A DNA stretch of 32,000 nucleotides, taken from positions 30,001 through 62,000 of the forward strand of contig JAIRQE010000025.1 of the NCBI GenBank assembly GCA_031256725.1, in the 5' to 3' direction. Of the stretch, positions 8,697-17,193 are shown in pieces (the stretch's first letter is position 1; the number at the start of each line of letters is the position of its first letter). The translations under genes and the position numbers were made by a program. The stretch is from Propionibacteriaceae bacterium (GTDB taxonomy: Bacteria; Actinomycetota; Actinomycetes; Propionibacteriales; Propionibacteriaceae). The notes under the pieces are model-generated. The model did not search any database. It was not told where the DNA came from and was given only the letters and a program-made list of their open reading frames with translations.

Positions 8697-8844
8697 GAAA
8701 TGCCTTCCGCTGATGGGTGTGTTCACCACCAGGTGAGACCACACCTTGAAACTGTACCGTTGTCACTAATGAGGGTAACGGTGAGACTACACCCCACCAC
8801 TGGGTGAGATCGCAACCCCATCCAATGGTGACTTGTCGATTAAT

Positions 8845-9567
8845 CTACTTAACGTCGCTCACGCCAGAGGCCTGAGTGTAATCCGGCTGGACGTAGTCCC
8901 CTCCAGGGGCAGGAGGCGCAGCGAAAGGCTCACTCGTCTGGGGAGGAAGGGCCGGAGTCTCAGCAGGTGCAGCCGCGGGCGCAGTACCAAAATCAACTGT
9001 CGGAGCCTGACGCATTCCCGGGTCCTGGATCTGGAAGTACTGTGCCTTCGAGAAGCGACCCCCGGCAATCAGAGAGTTCGGGAAGGACTCGATCATGGTG
9101 TTGTAGGAGCCAACATTGGCGTTGTAGTACTTGCGGGCATTGGCGATGCGGGCCTCAATCTCGCTGAGTTCCTTCTGCAACTGGATGAAGGAGGCATTGG
9201 CCTTCAGATCAGGGTACGCCTCCATCGTGACCGAAACGAGGTTCTGCAACTGGGAAGTCAACTGTGCCTCAACGGCGGCTCGTTGGGCTGGGTCAGCATG
9301 GGAACCTGCAAGTGCAGTTGCCTGGTTGCGCAGGCCGATCACCGATTCCAGGGTGGACTTTTCGTGGTCTGTAGCGCCTTTGATGGTGTTGACGAGGTTC
9401 GGGATGAGGTCGTACCGGCGATTCAACTCAACATCGATCTGGTTCCAGGACTCTTCGACAAGATTGCGACCCTGAACCATGCGGTTATAGGCCCCGATGA
9501 CCCACAGGACAACACCTACAACGAGAACAAGAATGACGATAAAGATTAGGCCCACAGTACCCAACAT
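8845..9567 (-). CDS. lemA: LemA-family membrane protein with a Pro/Ala-rich C-terminal tail
   Basis: N-terminal TM followed by YNRMVQGRNLVEESWNQIDVELNRRYDLIPNLVNTIKG, the LemA signature. AAAGGAG SD lies upstream of ATG 9567. Confidence 0.85.
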   Translation of the reverse strand: MLGTVGLIFIVILVLVVGVVLWVIGAYNRMVQGRNLVEESWNQIDVELNRRYDLIPNLVNTIKGATDHEKSTLESVIGLRNQATALAGSHADPAQRAAVEAQLTSQLQNLVSVTMEAYPDLKANASFIQLQKELSEIEARIANARKYYNANVGSYNTMIESFPNSLIAGGRFSKAQYFQIQDPGMRQAPTVDFGTAPAAAPAETPALPPQTSEPFAAPPAPGGDYVQPDYTQASGVSDVK

Positions 9568-9784
9568 GGCAGACTCCTTTGAAAGACTGGATGGTTCCAG
9601 CTTAGCTGAAAAGATCTCTTCGAGTTACAGAATTTTCTGGCAGTACACGTACACAATTCTCATGAGATTAAAGCTGTATTTAACCATTGAGTCATGAAAC
9701 ATTAAGGCTCTTTAGGCGAAAACCCTTATTCAATCCACCAAATTGAGCCTGAGTACCCCAGTAGACCCCTTTTACAGGATCAGC

Positions 9785-9808
9785 GATGAACATATGTGCA
9801 GGTTCATC
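9785..9808. promoter_or_regulatory. Inverted repeat GATGAAC-N10-GTTCATC in the AT-rich cydA upstream region (candidate operator)
   Basis: Perfect 7-bp arms located 52 nt upstream of the cydA ATG. The half-sites resemble Rex/CRP-type TGAAC/GTTCA halves, but the spacing is atypical. Confidence 0.25.
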
Positions 9809-9859
9809 ATTTAGGACTAAGAAATTGCATCTGGCAGCGGAAAGCGATAGGTTCACACT

Positions 9860-11332
9860 ATGAGTCCGGATACCATTGCCAGGTGGCAGTTTGGCATCAC
9901 AACGGTTTACCACTTCTTGTTCGTGCCTCTCACGATTGCATTGAGTGTGTTGACCGCGGTGCTTCAGTCACTCTGGAACAAAACAGGCAATGATGCCTAT
10001 TTGCGTTTGACGAAGTTTTTTGGGCGTTTGTTCCTGATCAACTTCGCCATGGGGGTTGTCACGGGTATCGTGCAGGAGTTCCAGTTCGGTATGAACTGGT
10101 CGGAGTATTCCCGCTTTGTCGGTGATATCTTCGGTGCTCCTCTCGCCCTTGAAGCTCTCATCGCGTTCTTCCTGGAGTCGACATTCATCGGAATGTGGAT
10201 TTTCGGGTGGGATCGCTTGTCCAAGAAGGTACACCTAGTCGTCATTTGGTTGGCTGCTGCGGGTACTTTCATCTCCTCCATCTTCATCATCGCTGCTAAC
10301 GCATGGATGCAGAACCCAACAGGAGCTGTGTACAACGCCGCTAATGGCCGTGCAGAGCTCGATAGCCTCCTGGCTGTCATCCTGAACCCGGTGTTCCTCA
10401 CCCAGTGGCCGCACACCATCGCTGCTTCCTTCGTGACAGCTGGTGCGTTCATCGCTGGCGTAGCTGCGTACCTTCTCATTAAGAAGAACAAGGAAGGCGC
10501 CAAGGATGCTGACCTCGAGGCCTATCGCAAGGGCGTAAAGCTCGGTGCATGGGTTCTCATCGTCGCTGGCGTGTGCACCATCGTTACTGGTGACCTCCTT
10601 GGAAAGCAGATGGTAACCCACCAGCCCGCCAAGATGGCTGCAGCTGAAAACATCCAGGATCCTCAGGAAGCCGGCCAGACCGGATTCCAGATCATCCCAG
10701 GTGTTGAGGTGTTCCCAGGCTTGGTCAACTGGCTCTATGGCTCCGAGAAGGTTCCTTCGATCCCTGAGATCAGAGACAACTTCACTGCCAAGGGTTATCA
10801 GATCTGGGACGGTACCGCATTCGTTGATCCTGATAATGCCCTGCAGACTGCGTTTGCTTCAGAGTTGGCTGCGATCAAGGCTGATATCGATCCAATCCCA
10901 AGTGTTGGCGCTAACTTCTGGTCCTTCCGCTTGATGATTGGTATTGGTTGCCTCGCAATGCTCGGTGGCATTCTCCTGTTGGCCGTTACCCGTGGGAAGA
11001 AGATCCCGAAGCCTAGCGCACTGTGGACTGCCGTTTGCGTAGCTCTGCCGTTGCTCCCGCTTCTGGCTAACACCTTCGGTTGGATCTTCACTGAGATGGG
11101 CCGTCAGCCATATATCGTCAATGGCGTCATGCCGACACTCCAGGGTCTCTCGCCGATTAACGTGGTCCCTGTTGCTTCCGTATGGTTCTCCTTGATCGTG
11201 TACACCCTCGTCTACGGCATCCTTGCTGTGATTGAGGTCGGCTTGCTGCTGAAGTACATCAAGATGGGTCTGCCAGACGAAACCGCTGTTTCCGTCAAGG
11301 ATGAGGCTGAGCCTCTGTCCTTCGCTTACTAA
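9860..11332 (+). CDS. cydA: Cytochrome bd ubiquinol/menaquinol oxidase subunit I
   Basis: MSPDTIARWQFGITTVYHFLFVPLTI..., EFQFGMNWS, and GWIFTEMGRQPYIV are canonical CydA motifs. Confidence 0.95.
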   Translation: MSPDTIARWQFGITTVYHFLFVPLTIALSVLTAVLQSLWNKTGNDAYLRLTKFFGRLFLINFAMGVVTGIVQEFQFGMNWSEYSRFVGDIFGAPLALEALIAFFLESTFIGMWIFGWDRLSKKVHLVVIWLAAAGTFISSIFIIAANAWMQNPTGAVYNAANGRAELDSLLAVILNPVFLTQWPHTIAASFVTAGAFIAGVAAYLLIKKNKEGAKDADLEAYRKGVKLGAWVLIVAGVCTIVTGDLLGKQMVTHQPAKMAAAENIQDPQEAGQTGFQIIPGVEVFPGLVNWLYGSEKVPSIPEIRDNFTAKGYQIWDGTAFVDPDNALQTAFASELAAIKADIDPIPSVGANFWSFRLMIGIGCLAMLGGILLLAVTRGKKIPKPSALWTAVCVALPLLPLLANTFGWIFTEMGRQPYIVNGVMPTLQGLSPINVVPVASVWFSLIVYTLVYGILAVIEVGLLLKYIKMGLPDETAVSVKDEAEPLSFAY

Positions 11333-11350
11333 GAAAGGAGCTGAACTATC

Positions 11351-12520
11351 ATGACTATTTTTGAAGCTGCTGCTGCAACTCATGGAAACTTTGTTCTCCA
11401 GGTTGTGTGGGTAATTCTTGTTGCTGTCCTATGGATTGGCTTCTTCGTTCTCGAAGGCTTTGACTTCGGTGTTGCGATGCTGGTTCCCTTCTTGGGTAAG
11501 GGCGATAAGGGTCATGACGATCAGGCTCGCCGCGTCGTCATCAACACCATTGGACCTCACTGGGATGCTAACGAGGTATGGTTGCTGACCGCTGGAGGCG
11601 CGATGTTCGCTGCCTTCCCAGGTTGGTACGCCACTTTGTTCTCTGGTCTGTATCTCCCCTTGTTCCTGGTCCTCCTCGGCCTCATCGTTCGCGGTGTTGC
11701 CTTCGAGTATCGTTCCAAGAGGGAAGCTGCAACATGGAGGAGAAGCTGGGACTGGGCGATGGCCATTGCGTCATTCATCCCACCACTGGTTTTGGGCGTT
11801 GGCTTCGCCAACTTCATCCAGGGTGTCCCGATTGTTAAGGTCCCGACTGACTTTGGAACTGAGATTCCTGTCGTCGCAGCCACAATCGTGGCTGAGGGTA
11901 ACCCAATCATGGCTTTGTTGCTCCTGTTCACGCCGTTCACCATTGTTGGCGGTCTGCTGTTCGTGTCCCTCTTCTTGGCTCATGGCGCCTTCTTTATCGC
12001 CTTGAAGACCAAGGGTGCGGTCCACGAACGTTCACAGCAGTACGGCAACATCTTGTCGATCGTCGCAGCTGTGATCGCTCTCGCCTTCGTGGTGTGGGCA
12101 AATCTCGGCTTCTTCGGCAAGTTGGATGCAAAGTGGGCAGGCTTGGAGAACTACAACGTACAGATCATCCCCGCCATCTTGGTGTGGATCGTCGGCGCCG
12201 TTGCAGTTGTGGCACTCGCACTGGCTTGGTTCATGAACTCCAAGAAGCGTGACGGCTGGGCATTCATCTCCACGACGCTGGCTATCGCCATGCTGACTGT
12301 GATGATGTTCCTGCACTTCGTCCCGGGTCTTGGTTTCGCTAATGAGATCAACCTCACGAACGTGTCGAGCTCTGAGCACACGCTTACCCTCATGACCATT
12401 GCAGCGGGATGTCTCGTCCCAGTTGTCTTGGCCTACACAGCATGGGCATACTTCTTCGTGTTTAGGCGTCGCCTCAACACCACGAATATCCCTGCTCTGA
12501 CAGTCAATACACAAGACTGA
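11351..12520 (+). CDS. cydB: Cytochrome bd oxidase subunit II
   Basis: It follows cydA by 18 nt with an AAGGAG SD. LEGFDFGVAML and HWDANEVWLLTAGGAMFAAFP are CydB motifs. Confidence 0.9.
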   Translation: MTIFEAAAATHGNFVLQVVWVILVAVLWIGFFVLEGFDFGVAMLVPFLGKGDKGHDDQARRVVINTIGPHWDANEVWLLTAGGAMFAAFPGWYATLFSGLYLPLFLVLLGLIVRGVAFEYRSKREAATWRRSWDWAMAIASFIPPLVLGVGFANFIQGVPIVKVPTDFGTEIPVVAATIVAEGNPIMALLLLFTPFTIVGGLLFVSLFLAHGAFFIALKTKGAVHERSQQYGNILSIVAAVIALAFVVWANLGFFGKLDAKWAGLENYNVQIIPAILVWIVGAVAVVALALAWFMNSKKRDGWAFISTTLAIAMLTVMMFLHFVPGLGFANEINLTNVSSSEHTLTLMTIAAGCLVPVVLAYTAWAYFFVFRRRLNTTNIPALTVNTQD

Positions 12521-12541
12521 TCACTATTGAGTTAGTTATAG

Positions 12542-12577
12542 GTACGGGGTCGCGCAAGCGGCCCCGTACTTCCTTTT
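12542..12577 (+). terminator. Intrinsic terminator between cydB and cydDC
   Basis: GTACGGGGTCGC gcaa GCGGCCCCGTAC. This is a 12-bp stem with one G-U pair and a GNRA-type loop, followed by TTCCTTTT. Confidence 0.6.
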
Positions 12578-12611
12578 AGGTACGACATGGCGAACATGAC
12601 AGGGGGATGAC

Positions 12612-15600
12612 GTGGGACCCCCCGTCACAGTGACAATCGGAATGGTACATTGTGACAAGAACATGGCGAAAGAAGATATGAGTACTACTGAGCAAGACAT
12701 CAAACCAGGCCAAACTCCCCGCGAGGAGAAGCGCAAGGCCGCCCCTATTGATCCCCGCCTGATTAGGCGAGCTCAGGCCACCCGGGTCTACCTCATTGCT
12801 GGGGTCGTGGTGGGTTCTCTCACAGCTGTACTCGTCCTCACCCAAGCATCACTGTTGTCCACGTCCATTGCAGCAGTCTTTGACAATCGCTCCTTGGAGG
12901 GCCTTGGTCTAACACTTGCCCTGCTTGTGGCTGTGCTCATTGGTCGGGCAATCCTTGCCTGGGCCTCCGCGTGGTTCTCCCAACGTACCTCTGCTGCCGT
13001 GAAATCCCAGTTGCGACGCGACATCATGGCTTCACGGATCAAGAACCCAGCCCATCAGACCTCATCCTCATCAAGTTTGGTGAACCTGGCTACCCAAGGT
13101 CTGGATGCCCTCGACGGGTACTTCTCCAAATACCTTCCCCAACTCCTTCTTGCGGTAACTGTACCTCTCATCATTGGTGTGGCGATCCTGACCCAGGATT
13201 GGCTTTCGGCGGTGATCATTGCCGCCACGATCCCCTTCATCCCGATTCTGATGGCACTCGTGGGAAGGAATACCGAGAAAAAGATCGCCAAGCGGTGGGC
13301 CTATCAGGCCCGTCTCGCTAGTCACTTCGCTGACCTGATCTCCGGTCTTCCAACCCTTCAGGTCTTCGGTCGCGCCAAGGCTCAAGCACAGGGTCTGAAA
13401 CGTACCGAGACTGCTAATCGGCGTGAAACCCTAGGAATCCTTAGGATCGCCTTCCTTTCTGCCTTCGTACTTGAATTGTTCGCAACCATTGCTGTGGCTG
13501 TGGTTGCTCTCGTGATTGCCTCACGTTTGGTTTATGGCCAGATGGAATTCTCGACGGCCCTGTTCATTCTTATTCTCGCCCCAGAGGTCTATCTGCCGCT
13601 TCGCCAGGTCGGGGTTCATTACCACGACTCTGCTCACGGTCTCGCAGCCGCTGAGGCAGCCTTCAAGGAGATCGACCGCGCTGGTACCCCTGAAAACCTT
13701 GCTTCTGCCCAAGTCCAAGTGGAGGTACCCTCGCAGACCTACCCACCGTCGGTGAGCGCAAGAAACCTGAGGTATACCTATCCTGGTACCTCCACTGAGA
13801 TTGGCCCCTTCGACTTGGAGGTTAAACCCGGTGAGGTGGTTGCCATAGCGGGCCGATCCGGGGGCGGGAAGACCACCCTGCTCAACTGCATCCTGGGTTT
13901 CCTGACCCCACAGGAGGGCTCGACGCTCACCCTAGGTGGGGTTGATGCCCCCACCCTCTCCTGGGATTCCTGGCGCCACACTATTGCTTACGTACCCCAG
14001 ATCCCTGGGATGATCGACGGTACGATTGCAGACAACGTGCGCCTGGGTTGCCCAACAGCCACCGACAACGAGGTACACCAAATGCTCGCCGAGGCTGGGG
14101 CCACCACCTTGGATCCTTCCCGTGAGGTGGGTGAAGAGGGCGAGGGTCTCTCTGTTGGTGAACGTCGTCGCGTGGGGATTGCCCGCGCCTTGGCACGAAT
14201 CCACATCGGGGGGGCTCGACTCCTCATCCTGGATGAACCCACCGCTGGTTTGGATGTTGACACCGAAGCCACAGTGCTGGTCAGCGTACGCAACTCTGGG
14301 GCCACAGCCCTGGTTGTCTCCCACCGCGAAGCAGTACTTGAGGCTGCAGACCGAGTGGTCGAAATCCAATCTGGTGAAGCCCCAGTTGAGGAAACCCCAA
14401 CAGCTGAACTCAAGGTGACCGAGTCCAAGGACGTGATCAGGGTCAAGGACAACATCACTGAGGTTGAATCACTGCCTGACAAGGCTAAAGACATCACGGA
14501 TGCTCCTATCGATCTTCCAGAAGAGGATCTCGAAAAACGTTACAAGGGGTCACCTCTGGTACGCCTAGTGTTCAGGCTCTTAGATGCAGTACCAGGGGCA
14601 AAGATGAGACTTGTCTTCGCTGTACTCCTGACGGCTTGCGCTTCGGGTGCAGCAGTTGCACTCATGGGTGTGTCAGCATGGCTGATCTCCCGAGCTGCTC
14701 AGCAGCCGAACTTCCTTGAATTGTCTGTCGGGGCAGTGGGTGTGAGGTTCTTTGGTATCTCCCGTGCGATCTTCCGCTACCTTGAGCGTCTGGTTGGTCA
14801 CGAGGTGGCCCTATCTATGCAGTCGGCACTCAGGTTGAAGACCTACCAATCCCTGTCGAAGACAACCCTTCTAGGTCGCAAACAGGGTGACCTTCTCGTA
14901 CGCGTGGTTGCGGATGTGAATGGTATTGAGGACATCGTCGTACGTATCGTGCAACCCTTCCTGTCAGCGGCTGTGGTTGTGGTCGGAGTCTGTGCCATCT
15001 TGGCTCCCTTCTCGGCGGGGGCATCGTTAGCGATCCTGGTGAGTGCGGTTCTTGCGGGTCTGTTAGTACCCTGGATGACTCAAAGGGCTTCCCAGCGTGA
15101 TGATGCTGAGTCTGTACCTCTGCGTGGAAATCTGGGTGTCGTTGTCCATGATCTGTCGAGGAATGCCATCGATCTGGCTGCCTATGGAGCCCAAGCCGAA
15201 GCTGTGACTCGAATGGATGACGTTGATCGCGCGTTGGTACGAGTCGAGGAAAGGTCCGCTTGGGTGAAAGGCCTTGGCGCTGGTCTGCAAACCCTTGCCT
15301 CTGGGATCGGGTTCATTGGTGGGTTGTGGATAGGCTCCTATGCTGTGGTCTCTGGGGATTTGAATGAGACCATGTTGGCGGTCTTTGTTCTCGTACCCCT
15401 TGCTCTTCATGAGGTGTTTGCGAACTTTACTCAAGCCGCTCAGACCTGGACGAGAGCAAAGGTCTCCCTGGATCGTGTTACCGGTATCCTGGATGCCCCA
15501 CCTGTGGGTCAAGGCGATGTGGATGTACGTGATGCCACGCAGAAGCCAACCTTGAAGGCCAAGAACCTCTCCATTGGATGGCCCGGCTATCCGAATGTGG

Positions 15601-16133
15601 CTGAGGGTATTGATCTTGATTTGGCTCCCGGTGAGGCCATCGCAGTCATGGGACCCTCGGGTATCGGGAAGACCACGCTCGCGGCAACTGTCATGGGTCT
15701 AATCCCCCCTGTTGAAGGTGAACTCACCACAACTGGTCGAATCGGGTACCTTGCTCAGGATGCCCATATCTTCTCAACCACCATTGCCGAGAATGTACGT
15801 ATTGGCAACAAGGATGCCACCGACGATGAGGTACGAGCTGCCCTCGCCGAAGCAGGTCTGGATATGCCCCTCGATCGTGAGGCTGGCGAAATGGGGGTTG
15901 GTCTCTCTGGTGGTGAGGCTCGTCGATTGGCTCTAGCGCGGCTCTTTGTCGGGAATTATCGTTTGCTGATTCTGGATGAGCCGACCGAGCACCTTGATCG
16001 TGACACGGCAGACACCTTGATGGATGAGATCTTCGCTGGAGTGAGCAGGCGCCCTGTCATGGTGATCTCCCACGACGAACTAGTGGGCGCACGATGTGAT
16101 CGAGTACTCACCATGGATGGGGTCAAAGTGTGA
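12612..16133 (+). CDS. cydDC: Fused CydD-CydC thiol-reductant (cysteine/glutathione) ABC exporter, both half-transporters in one polypeptide
   Basis: Two TMD-NBD units are present. Unit 1 has Walker A GRSGGGKTT, signature LSVGERRR and Walker B LLILDEPT. Unit 2 has GPSGIGKTT, LSGGEARR and LLILDEPT. An acidic linker of about 60 aa joins them (…PVEETPTAELKVTESKD…DLPEEDLEK…). GTG 12612 is preceded by AGGGGGA; ATG 12663 is the alternative start. Confidence 0.85.
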   Translation: MGPPVTVTIGMVHCDKNMAKEDMSTTEQDIKPGQTPREEKRKAAPIDPRLIRRAQATRVYLIAGVVVGSLTAVLVLTQASLLSTSIAAVFDNRSLEGLGLTLALLVAVLIGRAILAWASAWFSQRTSAAVKSQLRRDIMASRIKNPAHQTSSSSSLVNLATQGLDALDGYFSKYLPQLLLAVTVPLIIGVAILTQDWLSAVIIAATIPFIPILMALVGRNTEKKIAKRWAYQARLASHFADLISGLPTLQVFGRAKAQAQGLKRTETANRRETLGILRIAFLSAFVLELFATIAVAVVALVIASRLVYGQMEFSTALFILILAPEVYLPLRQVGVHYHDSAHGLAAAEAAFKEIDRAGTPENLASAQVQVEVPSQTYPPSVSARNLRYTYPGTSTEIGPFDLEVKPGEVVAIAGRSGGGKTTLLNCILGFLTPQEGSTLTLGGVDAPTLSWDSWRHTIAYVPQIPGMIDGTIADNVRLGCPTATDNEVHQMLAEAGATTLDPSREVGEEGEGLSVGERRRVGIARALARIHIGGARLLILDEPTAGLDVDTEATVLVSVRNSGATALVVSHREAVLEAADRVVEIQSGEAPVEETPTAELKVTESKDVIRVKDNITEVESLPDKAKDITDAPIDLPEEDLEKRYKGSPLVRLVFRLLDAVPGAKMRLVFAVLLTACASGAAVALMGVSAWLISRAAQQPNFLELSVGAVGVRFFGISRAIFRYLERLVGHEVALSMQSALRLKTYQSLSKTTLLGRKQGDLLVRVVADVNGIEDIVVRIVQPFLSAAVVVVGVCAILAPFSAGASLAILVSAVLAGLLVPWMTQRASQRDDAESVPLRGNLGVVVHDLSRNAIDLAAYGAQAEAVTRMDDVDRALVRVEERSAWVKGLGAGLQTLASGIGFIGGLWIGSYAVVSGDLNETMLAVFVLVPLALHEVFANFTQAAQTWTRAKVSLDRVTGILDAPPVGQGDVDVRDATQKPTLKAKNLSIGWPGYPNVAEGIDLDLAPGEAIAVMGPSGIGKTTLAATVMGLIPPVEGELTTTGRIGYLAQDAHIFSTTIAENVRIGNKDATDDEVRAALAEAGLDMPLDREAGEMGVGLSGGEARRLALARLFVGNYRLLILDEPTEHLDRDTADTLMDEIFAGVSRRPVMVISHDELVGARCDRVLTMDGVKV

Positions 16134-16140
16134 CAGCGGG

Positions 16141-17118
16141 TTAGGTACCAAAGAAGGGTGATCCTGGGGGACGACTTGGGCGACGTTCGCGACGTTCTGT
16201 GGAACGCCCACCAGAGGTACTGCCCAAGGAATCTGAACCCGAGAGTCGACTAGAGCCAGTCGTACGATCTGAAGTCGAGTACCGATCCTGGGCAGAATAA
16301 CGGTCTTGATCCAAGTAGCGATCCGAGCTTGAACGCCGATCAGAACTTGGGGCTCGGTCTGTACCAGAGAATTCTGAACCGCGATCAGAACCGGGGAGAC
16401 GATCTGCACTCGTGCCACGATCCATGCTCGTACCACGGTCTATGGTTGTACGATCCACGGAGTAGGTTGTCTCGGGTTGTGCTGAGAAATGGGCCCAGAT
16501 GCAGATTTCGGACTCAATAGGCATGGGAGTGATCTTAACCTCGTCGGTTGTCGTTTCCGTGCGGTGAGTGGGCTGCGGTGGTACAGGGCGAGGTTCGTTG
16601 AGGCTCGTATCAGATGTGGTCACCAACTGGGGGTCCGACATGGTGACGATCCCCGTGATCGTCAACCCGGAGGCTGTTGCAAAGGTCTCAGCCTTGCGGC
16701 GTGCATTGCGTACAGCCTCGACACTCAAGGCGATATTGACCTCTTTCTCGAGCGCTGGGGAGAGTTGCCAATCAATGGCTTTCACGCGGAAGAGACCGTG
16801 AGGCTGCTGGAATATCCATTCGCTCATGACATGAAAATCGGTGAAAACGACAGAAACATCGACAGCTTCCGAGTAGGCGACACCAATATCGTCAGCCCAG
16901 GTACGCTGAGAAATCTGGGTGATCTCGGGGGTACCAATGGCCTTTGGATAGTCCGTGGAAACCTGTTTGAGCGCATCAAGGACAACATTGACCCCAGACA
17001 TCACTGCCTGATGGATGGCCTCCCAATCGCGACCCCAGCGGCTTGTCTGGAGTCGGACATGGGCCCGATCTGGCGAACGAGAGTCACGCGCAAATCCATA
17101 AACCTTGATGTCGGTCAC
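16141..17118 (-). CDS. SIMPL/DUF541-domain protein with a C-terminal S/T-D-R repeat disordered tail
   Basis: The N-terminal ~200 aa resemble SIMPL (IKVYGFARDSRSPDRAHVRLQT..., NARRKAETFATASGLTITGIV). The last ~110 aa hold about 11 x-x-D-R units (DRGTSMDRGTSADRLPGSDRGS...DRYLDQDRYSAQDRYSTSDR). It is convergent with cydDC across a 7-nt gap. Confidence 0.7.
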   Translation of the reverse strand: MTDIKVYGFARDSRSPDRAHVRLQTSRWGRDWEAIHQAVMSGVNVVLDALKQVSTDYPKAIGTPEITQISQRTWADDIGVAYSEAVDVSVVFTDFHVMSEWIFQQPHGLFRVKAIDWQLSPALEKEVNIALSVEAVRNARRKAETFATASGLTITGIVTMSDPQLVTTSDTSLNEPRPVPPQPTHRTETTTDEVKITPMPIESEICIWAHFSAQPETTYSVDRTTIDRGTSMDRGTSADRLPGSDRGSEFSGTDRAPSSDRRSSSDRYLDQDRYSAQDRYSTSDRTTGSSRLSGSDSLGSTSGGRSTERRERRPSRPPGSPFFGT

Positions 17119-17193
17119 AGGTATGTCCCAACTCTAGTCAGATTTGTAAAAGCCATTCAAGATTACCATTGTTGCGTAAAATATCGTATTTGC

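Noticed and set aside
8833-9549. 238-aa plus-strand ORF
   Set aside because: It is fully antisense to the LemA gene, which has a clear family signature, an SD and a TM. The Arg/Gly/Leu-rich translation is typical of an antisense frame.
9785-9808. Calling the cydA upstream inverted repeat a Rex or CRP box
   Set aside because: The half-sites are similar, but the 10-nt spacing does not fit the TTGTGAA-N4-TTCACAA (Rex) or TGTGA-N6-TCACA (CRP) consensus. It is reported only as an unassigned candidate operator.
12663-12665. ATG 12663 as the cydDC start instead of GTG 12612
   Set aside because: Not excluded, but GTG 12612 is preceded by AGGGGGA at a suitable distance, whereas ATG 12663 has no SD. 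I kept the longer model and flagged the uncertainty.
16141-16480. Repetitive DNA that might be mistaken for a CRISPR array or tandem repeat
   Set aside because: The periodicity is degenerate and lies inside an open reading frame that encodes x-x-D-R units. There is no repeat-spacer structure and there are no cas genes.
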